Below, piece after piece: positions 51,032 through 61,128 of a stretch of DNA of 64,000 nt. Both the position numbers and the translations under genes were made by a program. Numbering within the stretch: position 1 is the first letter of the stretch; each line of letters starts with the position of its first letter. The notes below the pieces were generated by a model. It did not search any database and was not told the DNA's origin. It saw only the letters and a program-made list of their open reading frames with translations. Origin of the DNA: Macrostomum lignano (Eukaryota). Location: the NCBI GenBank assembly GCA_002269645.1, contig NIVC01000754.1:124001-188000 (forward strand), written 5' to 3'.

Positions 51032-53308
51032 ATTTTGCGGTCTGTATCGGTCTAGGAGAAGTAAACCCTTGTTAGCAGATAATAAGGAGTTAAAAGTTAG
51101 TGCGATCTGCGCTAGCAGTTTCTAAACGCAAAGTCTGTCTAATATATTATTAATAGCTAGCTACACACAGCCGAATTAACTTCGCCAGGCAGTGGTAGAA
51201 AATCTGGTTATAAGTCTTACAAACACATTCCACTCGAGCGTGCCAAATTCCATGCACAGCTGAGCTAATACAAGCATAGTCAGATATCAAAGTACAGTTT
51301 GCACAAGTTACGGAGCCGTGAACACTGTAGCTCGTTCTGCGCAGCATAGGCTGGCACTGCCAGAAATGAGGAGAGGCGTTCGATGGTATCTGCATGCTTA
51401 TTCGAATGGCACGGCAGAATGTTTATGGAATGGCAATGGCAATGGCAATCCAATCCAGTTCAAGCTAAATCGCTTTTTCTGCGCTTTACTTTCTTAATAG
51501 ATAAGCCGGCGCATGCAGCCCCAAACCACCATAGCTTTGCAATCCAACTACTATTAGTAGGCATTTGTTGGATATTTACAAACTCTAACGTAAGCCAACT
51601 CAAAGCACCAAATGGAGACGTCGTATTTAGGCAGATTAACAAAGTTTACCGATAAGATAATTAAGGTAGTTTCACTACTTTTGTATTGCAGAAACCCCCC
51701 GGACAGGTAGGTACCGTTGCTAGTTCACTTTTTAAGGCTAATTTTAATTCTGATCAAGTTTCACCTCGTTCAGGCATTTTAGTGTATACACAAGTTTTCT
51801 TACTTAAGTTTGTTATAGTAAATTTTGTCAGACTCTACAGAAGCTGTTTATCGCTAGTAAAAACTTTTCTCTGCAAAGATTCACACAATCAGTATAGAGT
51901 CAACTATAACATGCTGCTGGTCGTAGTAGTTTCAACATGTCGCATATTAACTGCACGTAAAGTTTTCGAGAATCTGAATTTTTTCAACTACAATTGGACA
52001 GTTTTTTTATGCTGGCATGAGGATATAGTATGAAGCTCGTAACTGCATCAATAGTCCGCAGCTTGTATGTAGGATATTGCGAGCATTTATGCATCCTGGA
52101 GTATGAAGGCCAACTGCAAATCCCGGAGATCCTATATACAAATGTCAGTCTGAACAAGCAAGCTTTCTAAATAGTCTTTTATTTCGAGAGGCGTCTCCAT
52201 CTTTTCTGTCTGTCTTTTCCACTGTTTCTATCTACCTCCCGCCTACGCAGATCTGCTCAAACTGAGAGAGCCATTTTTTATACGCTCATAGCCTCGTTTC
52301 TATTTTTACGGCAGCCTTTCGTCACCTCAACTCTCTCTTACCTCCAGCCCAGACGGTTCCAGCCAAGCCGCTGGTTTGTTTAAATTTCAAATATTTGCAT
52401 TGAATTTTCGCACCAAGACGCTTCTTTAGAAGACATTTTCTACTCGGTCTGGAAGTTTATTAAAGTTTGTCTAGATTAAACTATAAGATTACAGTTTAAA
52501 AATTAAATTACACTCGTGATTTTGATCGGATCAGAAATCTAGAGCCATAGAAAATATGAGGCTTTTTTCGTGAAGATTTCTTTTGCAAGAAATTAATCAA
52601 CGTTTAACATTCCTTTTCTTTCTTTGCTCAACACTGAATTTTGGATGAACTTGACATTAGCTGGAAAGTTAAAGCCTGATACAAAAGGCTGAACGCTCTC
52701 TGAAAATCTTTTTCTCTCTTTCCTACTAGCCCTGTCTTTTTAAAAGAGATAGAAGAAGCCCTGACACAGCCACTGTCACAGAGCAGAAGATGTGGGGGGC
52801 AGAGAGGGGTCCATTGTCATTGAGCATCGCTACAGCAAGGAGCGGACAAAAGAAGCTCTCTAATGCCAGCTGCACTTGAGCACAGAGCCGCTCACAGAAC
52901 ACTACTTGCAGAGGCTGAGAAGAAAAGCACTGGCTAAGGCGTTTTAGGCCACCGTGTTATTGACCCCCAAGCTATTCAGCGCTGCATACAGCTCTCGCTG
53001 CGGCACGCGTTCGTGAAACACGCATTCCTCCCGCCCCGAGCCCTTCGCCCTGCAAGGCTAATGTAGGAGACAGAAGTGAGATGCCAGCAATGTGTATTTA
53101 TTTACAACCGAGAGATCGTCTATGCGCTCAAGTTTCCGGCTTTGAGCTGTTTGTGTAATTTTGTTGTTTTGCTCGCTCCGAGCTCTTGAACGCGACTTCG
53201 GAAATAGCCATTGTCGGGCGAAAACAAGCCAACAACAGGCTGAGTCAGGCGGCAGGGTTGGGTCGCGCCGCAGCTACGGGCGGGGACGTGGCGTCGACGA
53301 CCCGTCTG

Positions 53309-54928
53309 ATGGCTCAGCCGGCTCAGCAGCTGCTGCTCCATCTGCTACTGCTGATGCTGACAACCTCTCTGCTGACCTCGCAAGCCTCCAGCGCCGCTGT
53401 CAAATCCTCGGATAAACTCGAAGAGGAGCTGCTGCAACTCCGCGAGCTGATCGCCTCCGAGCTTGAACGACGAGCAGCAGTTAGGCTAGAAGATGGCGAC
53501 AGTCCGGCGCTGACTGACAGGAAAGCTCCAGCCAGCCTCGCCGATGTCGTGGCCGGCGCCAAGGCCTACGCCTCCGGCCTGGCTACCTCTGCGGCTCCAC
53601 CGCCGCCTGGAACCACGCTTGAACTTAAGGACGAAGCTGTGACGCCGATATGGAGCAACAGTTCCAGCAGAGTGAACGGCACCAGCCCCGCGGGTCTGTT
53701 CAGTCCGCAGTGGTTCGCGCACCTGCTGACCGTGATGCCGCTGGCCGCCTGGATCGCAGTGCTCTGCGGCGCCGGGCTGCTGCTCTGCGCCCTGCTGGCT
53801 CTCATCATCTACTGCTGCTGCTGCCGCTCTAAAGATTTCTACGACGGCTCACGGCAACGCTTGAAACGGCAAGATGGATACGGTATGACGTTCAAAGATT
53901 TGGACATTGTTGGCAAAGAGCAGCCTCCGTACGGCGTCATTAACTATTCGCTGGAGTACGACGTTCCCTCATGCGAGCTCATCATCACCGCGACCAGCTG
54001 CATCGGCCTACCGAAGGATCTCAAGCAGCTCGATCCCTACCTTGTAATGCACGTGTCGCAGGATTCCATTGCGGGCAAGAAGAAGCATCGCTCGCACTCG
54101 GCAGGGCAAACTTCTGAGCGCTCCAAAATAGTGAAGAACACCGTCAATCCGGCCTTCAACTACACCCGGGTAGTCAAGATCAGGGATAAGCGGCTGCTCA
54201 GGCGAACCGTCATCAAGTTTGAGATCTACGACTACGACATCGGCAGTCGGCACCAGATGATCGCTCGCCGAGAGCTGAAGCTGGCCAAGCTGGGCGAGAA
54301 GCTGGACGACATCCTCGGTAGGAAGGTGGAGTACACGAAAAACTTGAAAGCAGGCATTAATGAGGAGGCCAATGGACCTGGTGACATCTGCCTGGCTCTG
54401 TGCTACAGCACAATGGACAAATTGAACAAGTACCTGTGGGTGCATGTCATCGAGTGCAAAGGCGTGTTCATTCAACGCTTCGGTGAGCCGGATTTCGACA
54501 CCCTGCCCAACACCTACGTGAAGCTGGCACTGCATGTTCCCGGCAGCAGGCGGACGATCCAGTCCACCAAGCTCATCAAGGCGTCGAGAAATCCGTACTT
54601 CAACGAACAGTTCATATTCAAGACAGAGCTGAGCGAGTACATCAGTCTGAGAGTCTCTCTGATGCACCGCTCCGAGACCCTCGGTATTAAGCGGGTGATC
54701 GGGTCGCAGACGCTGTCGATGCAGGCAGACAAAGACAGCATCGAGCGGCTTCACTGGAGAGACGTGCTTGAGAAGCAGGACATCCCGAGCGCGCGCTGGC
54801 ACAGTCTGGTCACGCCAGAGGATGAGCGCAAGACCACGGAGCGCAAGGAGGCCGAAGAGCGAAAGCGAAAACTTGAGCGGGCGGAGGATGAGGCAGCGGC
54901 GGCGGCGGCCGCGGCTCTGTACCAGTGA
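53309..54928 (+). CDS. Intronless synaptotagmin-like tandem-C2 membrane protein with N-terminal signal peptide (539 aa from the first true ATG)
   Basis: MAQPAQQLLLHLLLLMLTTSLLTSQASSA signal, TM AWIAVLCGAGLLLCALLALIIY + CCCC, C2A (LDPYL, NPAFN, YDYD), C2B (GDICLALCY, TYVK, NPYFNEQF), and SARWHSL motif. Confidence 0.88.
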   Translation: MAQPAQQLLLHLLLLMLTTSLLTSQASSAAVKSSDKLEEELLQLRELIASELERRAAVRLEDGDSPALTDRKAPASLADVVAGAKAYASGLATSAAPPPPGTTLELKDEAVTPIWSNSSSRVNGTSPAGLFSPQWFAHLLTVMPLAAWIAVLCGAGLLLCALLALIIYCCCCRSKDFYDGSRQRLKRQDGYGMTFKDLDIVGKEQPPYGVINYSLEYDVPSCELIITATSCIGLPKDLKQLDPYLVMHVSQDSIAGKKKHRSHSAGQTSERSKIVKNTVNPAFNYTRVVKIRDKRLLRRTVIKFEIYDYDIGSRHQMIARRELKLAKLGEKLDDILGRKVEYTKNLKAGINEEANGPGDICLALCYSTMDKLNKYLWVHVIECKGVFIQRFGEPDFDTLPNTYVKLALHVPGSRRTIQSTKLIKASRNPYFNEQFIFKTELSEYISLRVSLMHRSETLGIKRVIGSQTLSMQADKDSIERLHWRDVLEKQDIPSARWHSLVTPEDERKTTERKEAEERKRKLERAEDEAAAAAAAALYQ

Positions 54929-55589
54929 GAGCTGCGTGCATTCAGGTGTGCTCAAACATTTTATAAGAAATTAAGCACCATTCTTAAAACATAAATATAT
55001 TTTCGGGCCAATTTTTGTAGTCGTGTGTTCCGACAATTACCTACCCCCTTAGTAAACAACGTACGATGAGATTCACTGATACTGCAGCAGGTCTTTCGAC
55101 CACGCTGCGGTTTTCGTGGCTGTTGCCGCTCTGGTAATTATTAAGAGTATATTTTAAGCGTAAGCGTGATCACTATAATATTTTTTATTAAATAAATGGC
55201 TAGACAGACAGCTCAGTTATATATTTATTCTGAGTAACAAAACTCATTTCTTTACGTCTTTCTTTACGAGTAACGTCTTCTATACTCGTAAAAGCAACTA
55301 TCTCGAATCGAAATAATATACTTTACAGCTTGTCTACCTACAGTAGTGGCTAGCTAAATTCAAATTTATAGCAGCAAAGTTGTTTTATAACGAACAAAAC
55401 AAAACACATGTCAAATCAGCACTCATGACGGGGCACATTCAAAATTCAACTCCAGCCACGCTATAACAACCAAGCCCAACCCAACCGAGTCTGTCGTTGG
55501 AAGGACTCGTACTTTTGAATTAGAAAATTGGTAGCTTTAACGAGCTCGAAAAACGAGTAATTGAGGTCTTTCCGAGTCGTTTGTTTTAA

Positions 55590-56065
55590 GGGGTCGCGGG
55601 CCCTTTAAGACTTTACAATGGCAATCCAGCCCGCCCAAGGCTTGTCTCTTCAGCTCTCTAACTCTAATAATCCCTTTTCTTTTCTCTCCCTTTTCGCCTC
55701 TCGCTTCTCTCCTCTCAATCCTCTCCTCTCCATCCTCTCCTCTCCATCCTCTCCTCTCCTCCCCATCCTCTTCTCTCTCCTCTCCTCTCCTCTCCTCTCC
55801 TCTCCTCCCCTTTCTTCTCCTCCTCCTCTATTTCCTCGCCTTTCCTTTCTCCTATCTGTCTTCTCTCTTCTCTCTTCTCTCAGACCTAATATCTCTCCTC
55901 TCCTCTCCTCCCCTTTCTTCTCCTCCTCCTCTATTTCCTCGCCTTTCCTTTCTCCTATCTGTCTTCTCTCTTCTCTCTTCTCTCAGACCTAATATCTCTC
56001 CTCTCCTCTGGGCCGCAGTCTTCCACTTGGTGGCCCTAGAGGTAAAGAAATGTTGCCGACGCCAG
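55590..56065. mobile_element. Decayed copy of the 4274-4601 hAT MITE family
   Basis: CCCTTT..TTACAATGGCAATCC, a CT-rich core, and GGCCGCAG...GTAAA..GTTGCCGACGCC align to the first copy. 5' TIR not found. Confidence 0.55.
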
Positions 56066-56399
56066 GTTTAGATATACAAGTTTATGAGACTTACAACGAT
56101 ATTTGAAGTTGTGACTGAATTGTGAAACCATATGCGGTGCGCACTTGTGCGATCGTGTGTACAAGGAAATAGATGGGCTTAGGACACCTTTACGCTCGGT
56201 AAAATTTCAATTAGAAAAATTCTTCATTTCTTTGATATAAGCAGCGAAATTTGCGCAGTAAACGCAAGAACTGATATTTCCGCTGAGTGCTTTAAATAAA
56301 CTCTGCAATTGTTCGCAAGGAATCGTACTGCAGGTATTCAAGTATATGTATTCGACTATTTAGTAATTGAATCATGGAGTGTCATCACTGTACTACTTA

Positions 56400-56620
56400 T
56401 ATAGGGTTCAGGGTTAAATTTAAAGGTTAGGGTTGAAGGAGATAGGATAGGATCGAACCAGGGACCCGTTAAACCAGTTGTCCCTGGGTTGAACGTTTAG
56501 AGTAAAAGGGTCAGAGTAAAGCTGGGGTTACGCTAAAAGAGTTAGGGTTAACGGGTTAGGGCTCACGGGTTCGGGTTTGAAGGGTTAGGGTTGAAGGGTT
56601 AGGGTTGAAGGGTTGGTTGT
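56400..56620 (+). repeat. Short degenerate GGGTTAGGGTTGAA array containing a 28-bp CAGGGAC...GTCCCTG insert (56459-56486)
   Basis: Same repeat unit as 60057-61128. Confidence 0.7.
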
Positions 56621-56980
56621 TGAAGCATGTAGTAGGCCTGTAAAACATTTTTCATGTAGGGGTCTCCCTAAGTAGAATTAGTAGACGTAGCCTAGTAGAA
56701 TTACTCTTAGTAGAGTTATTACCGAAGAATACGCGCCACGTTCTCTCCTACGAGTATTGCAAAATTAAACTACGTGTGGTCTAGTCTAATGTCGGTAAAA
56801 ATCTAATTGCGTCGTTGGATATTGCCCCCAACCTACCACTGCGGTGCATTCTTTATATTAGCTGTCGACCACTCACTGACAAAACGCTAGCGTTACCGCA
56901 TGGGCATCGCAAAAACACCATTTTCAGTCAGCCACAATCGAAAGAAAAGCTACAACAAAGTAACAAAATCAATCGACTCT

Positions 56981-57727
56981 ATGACGGCTCGGGTGCCAGC
57001 TGGAGAATACCGCTGCGACTTCTCCGATTTCGGCTGCAGATTCGTGTCCAACGGCCCGCAGTCTGAGACCCAACACTATGAGTCCCCTGACGGCAGGCGT
57101 GAGCACATACGCTTGGCGAGCGACAAGTTGCGCAATCTTCAACAGACAGTCGATCGTTTGACGCAAAGCGTCAGGCAAAACCAGCAGGAAATTGATAGAA
57201 AACAGTTGGAAATCGACGAGCTCAATAGGAGGCTGCATCGATTGGAGGCACACAGCGAGCGCGTGATCTCCGTGTTCGAGCTGAGCATCCGGGATCTGCT
57301 CGCTGAGGACCCCGGCTGGCACCGCTGCCTCACGCAGCAGTTCGGCTACGGCCTGGATATTCAGACCAGCCTGCTCGAGTCTCCGACTGGCGCCGAGTTT
57401 CGCCTCCGGCTGCGGCTGCGACCGACGCCGCACGACCGAACTCTGCGGTGGCCGTTCCGGTCGACTGTCCGGGTCGCCGTTTTTCCTCCGGACGGCCAGC
57501 CGCAGCTTCTTCTGGAAGGGAGCTCGGTCACTCTGCTTCCGGAGAGACTTCCGGCCGATCAGCGGAGGCTGCTGGAGAGACCTGAGGCAGCTGGAGTTGA
57601 AGAACGGGAACGGAATTCCATTGAGATTCGAGCTCCGGCTCGACTCAGCAGGGCCCAGCTGCTTGGTCTGCCTGATGGAAGCTCCTTCGCTGCTCGGGTG
57701 GTCCTGCTGCCGGAAGGAGCTGAATGA
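56981..57727 (+). CDS. RING-less TRAF-like protein (single Zn-finger remnant, coiled coil, divergent TRAF/MATH domain; 248 aa)
   Basis: CDFSDFGCRF...H, heptad stretch LRNLQQTVDRL...LNRRLHRLE, and TRAF-C signature HDRTLRWPFRSTVRVAV. The upstream ATG at 56900 is an alternative start. Confidence 0.75.
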   Translation: MTARVPAGEYRCDFSDFGCRFVSNGPQSETQHYESPDGRREHIRLASDKLRNLQQTVDRLTQSVRQNQQEIDRKQLEIDELNRRLHRLEAHSERVISVFELSIRDLLAEDPGWHRCLTQQFGYGLDIQTSLLESPTGAEFRLRLRLRPTPHDRTLRWPFRSTVRVAVFPPDGQPQLLLEGSSVTLLPERLPADQRRLLERPEAAGVEERERNSIEIRAPARLSRAQLLGLPDGSSFAARVVLLPEGAE

Positions 57728-58399
57728 GCACGGATTGCAGGGGTGCAAAATGAGTCCTGTCGGTATTTGACCTATTGTTCGTGACCTCTATTTCATATTC
57801 ATTCAGTTCATGATTCAGCTTTAAGGCTTATCTGCATGTACAATAATTAATTCCTTAGTTTTACCAATGCGGAGTTAGCGCGGTAAGATGTGAAGCTAAG
57901 ACACTTTTTATTCAGCTTTCTAAGTCAGCACTGTAATTTTCATTTGCGCCTCTTGCCAATGATACAAATTTTTATCATTTCATAGAACTTTTTTGAAGTC
58001 ACGGTCATGTACTCGCATAGCTTTTACCATCAGTACTTTTGTTAATATTTCTTTGAATATTTACTTTTTAATTGTTTTTCATATTTTTTATAGGAAAACA
58101 GGCTATTCAATAATGATTGAGCAATACCTAGAGGTACCTATACACATGCAATATTTGTCTGTTCCTTCGGTTTCTGTGCAAACAAAAGCCGCAGAAAACA
58201 AGTATGCAAAGTTTTTTGTTCCTCGTTTCACCCTAAGAGACGCTCTGCTCATGTACCCCTGTAGATATAGAGAAATATCTATGGTAAAAATCTCTACTTC
58301 AAAGTAGAGTAATCCGCATCACTCCTATTGTTTTGGTCAGAAATGAGAGGTTCCGCAGGCACATGCCCTTTGAGAGAGTCGTGTAACCACGTATATCCC

Positions 58400-59520
58400 C
58401 CTCAGCATCATTCACACCTCAGCAACATTCCCCTCACCATCACCTCCCTCACCATCATCCCCCATCACCATCATCCCCCATCACCATCATCCCCCATCAC
58501 CATCATCCCCCATCACCATCATCCCCCATCACCATCATCCCCATCACCATCATCCCCCATCACCATCATCCCCATCACCATCATCCCCCATCACCATCAT
58601 CCCCATCACCATCATCCCCCATCACCATCATCCCCCATCACCATCATCCCCCATCACCATCATCCCCATCACCATCATCCCCATCACCATCATCCCCCAT
58701 CACCATCATCCCCCATCACCACCATCCCCATCACCATCATCCCCCATCACCATCATCCCCCATCACCATCATCCCCCATCACCATCATCCCCCATCACCA
58801 TCATCCCCCATCACCATCATCCCCCATCACCATCATCCCCCATCACCACCATCCCCCATCACCATCATCCCCCATCACCATCATCCCCCATCACCATCAT
58901 CCCCCATCACCATCATCCCCATCACCATCATCCCCCATCACCATCATCCCCCATCACCATCATCCCCCATCACCATCATCCCCCATCACCATCATCCCCC
59001 ATCACCACCATCCCCCATCACCATCATCCCCCATCACCATCATCCCCCATCACCATCATCCCCCATCACCATCATCCCCATCACCATCATCCCAAGCATC
59101 ATCAGAATCATCCCCCTCAGCATCATCCCCCTCAGCATCATCCCCCTCAGCATCATCCCCCTCAGCAAAATCCCCCTCAGCATCATCCCCCTCAGCATCA
59201 TCCCCCTCAGCATCACCCCCCCTCAGCATCATCCCCCCTCAGCATCATCCCCCTCAGCATCATCCCCCTCATCAACATCCGCCCTGAGCATCATCCCCCC
59301 TCATCATCATCCGCCCTAAGTATCATCCCCCCTCAGCATCATCCCCCCTCATCAACATCCGCCCTGAGTATCATCCCCCTCATCATCATCCGCCTTAAGT
59401 ATCATCCCCCTCAGTATCATCCGCCCTGAGCATCATCCCCCCTCATCATCATCCGCCCTAAGCATCTTCCCCCCTCAGCATCATCCCCCTCAGCATCATC
59501 TGCCCTGAGCTTCATCCCCA
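58400..59520. repeat. C-rich 16-nt minisatellite (TCATCCCCCATCACCA), shifting to CAGCATCATCCCCCT variants
   Basis: Directly visible. Confidence 0.95.
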
Positions 59521-59663
59521 TTCAGCATCATCCTCACTCAGCCCCTCTCTCTTGTCTTCTTTCTTCTCTATTCCCTCTGACACGATTTCTCTCCTCTTCT
59601 CTGGACCGCAGTCACGCACTGGGGTGGCCCTACATGTAGAGGTAAAAATATTGCCGGACCCCC
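59520..59663. mobile_element. 3' relic of the same hAT MITE family
   Basis: CT tract, GGACCGCAG...GGTGGCCCTA...GTAAAAATATTGCCGGACCCC. Confidence 0.5.
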
Positions 59664-60056
59664 AATTTACATATACGAGTTTAATTTTGAGTCTTTTGAC
59701 TTTTAAAAAAATGTGAAGTTATGAATGTCGTACAACCCCATGCGAAGCGGGCTTGTGCGGTCGTGTGTACAAGCAGTAGATGCACCGGGGTTACGCCACC
59801 TTTACACTCGATAAAATTTCAATTAGGAAAATGTCTTAATTTATTCTTTGTTATAAGCCGCTGAAATTCACAGCAACCACAAAACTGATACGATTATTTT
59901 TGCTGAAAATGTTTTGACAAAAATTTCTACAAGGTACTACGGTTTTGAGTTCTACTGGAATCGCACTGAAAATGTTTGAGTATGCTAAATAATTTGCCAT
60001 TGAAGCTAAATTGATATAGTTATCGCTGCACTACTCATGAGTCTTAATAACAGGGT

Positions 60057-61128
60057 TCAGGGTTAGGGTTGAAGGGTTAGGGTTGAAGGGTTAGGGTTGA
60101 AGGTTTAGGGTTGAAGGGTTAGGGTTGAAGGGTTAGGGTTGAAGGGTTAGGGCTGATGGGTTAGGGTTGAAGGGTTAGGGTTGAAGGGTTAGGGTTGAAG
60201 GGTTAGGGTTGAAGGGTTAGGGTTGATGGGTTGGGTTGAAGGGTTAGGGTTGATGGGTTGGGTTGAAGGGTTAGGGCTGAAGGGTTAGGGTTGAAGGGTT
60301 AGGGCTGAAGGGATAGGATTGAAGGGTTAGGGTTGAAGGGTTAGGGTTGAAGGGTTAGGGTTGATGGGTTGGGTTGAAGGGTTAGGGCTGAAGGGTTAGG
60401 GTTGAAGGTTTAGGGTTGAAGGGTTAGGGCTGAAGGGTTAGGGTTGAAGGGTTAGGGTTGAAGGGTTAGGGCTGAAGGGTTAGGGTTGAAGGGTTAGGGT
60501 TGAAGGGTTAGGGTTGAAGGGTTAGGGTTGAAGGGTTAGGGTTGAAGGGTTAGGGCTGAAGGGTTAGGGTTGAAGGGTTAGGGTTGAAGGGTTAGGGTTG
60601 AAGGGTTAGGGTTGAAGGGTTAGGGTTGAAGGTTAGGGTTGAAGGGTTAGGGCTGAAGGGTTAGGGTTGAAGGGTTAGGGCTGAAGGGTTAGGGTTGAAG
60701 GTTTAGGGTTGAAGGGTTAGGATTGAAGGGTTAGGGTTGAAGGGTTAGGGCTGAAGGGTTAGGGTTGAAGGGTTAGGGTTGAAGGGTTAGGGTTGAAGGG
60801 TTAGGGCTGAAGGGTTAGGGTTGAAGGGTTAGGGCTGAAGGGTTAGGGCTGAAGGGTTAGGGTTGAAGGGTTAGGGTTGAAGGGTTAGGGTTGAAGGGTT
60901 AGGGTTGAAGGGTTAGGGTTGAAGGGTTAGGGCTGAAGGGTTAGGGTTGAAGGGTTAGGGTTGAAGGGTTAGGGTTGAAGGGTTAGGGCTGAAGGGTTAG
61001 GGCTGAAGGGTTAGGGGTGAAGGGTTAGGGTTGAAGGGTTAGGGTTGAAGGGTTAGGGCTGAAGGGTTAGGGTTGAAGGGTTAGGGTTGAAGGGTTAGGG
61101 TTGAAGGGTTAGGGCTGAAGGGTTAGGG
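60057..61128 (+). repeat. Telomere-like 14-nt array (GGGTTAGGGTTGAA)n, about 1.07 kb
   Basis: Alternating TTAGGG and TTGAAGGG, with GGGCTGAA variants. Confidence 0.97.

Noticed and set aside
58328-59287. 319-aa His/Pro/Ile-rich ORF
   Set aside because: Translation of a 16-nt minisatellite that happens to lack stops; no splice or domain support.
60057-61128. True chromosome end
   Set aside because: The array is internal, is not pure TTAGGG, and is followed by 2.9 kb of transposon sequence.
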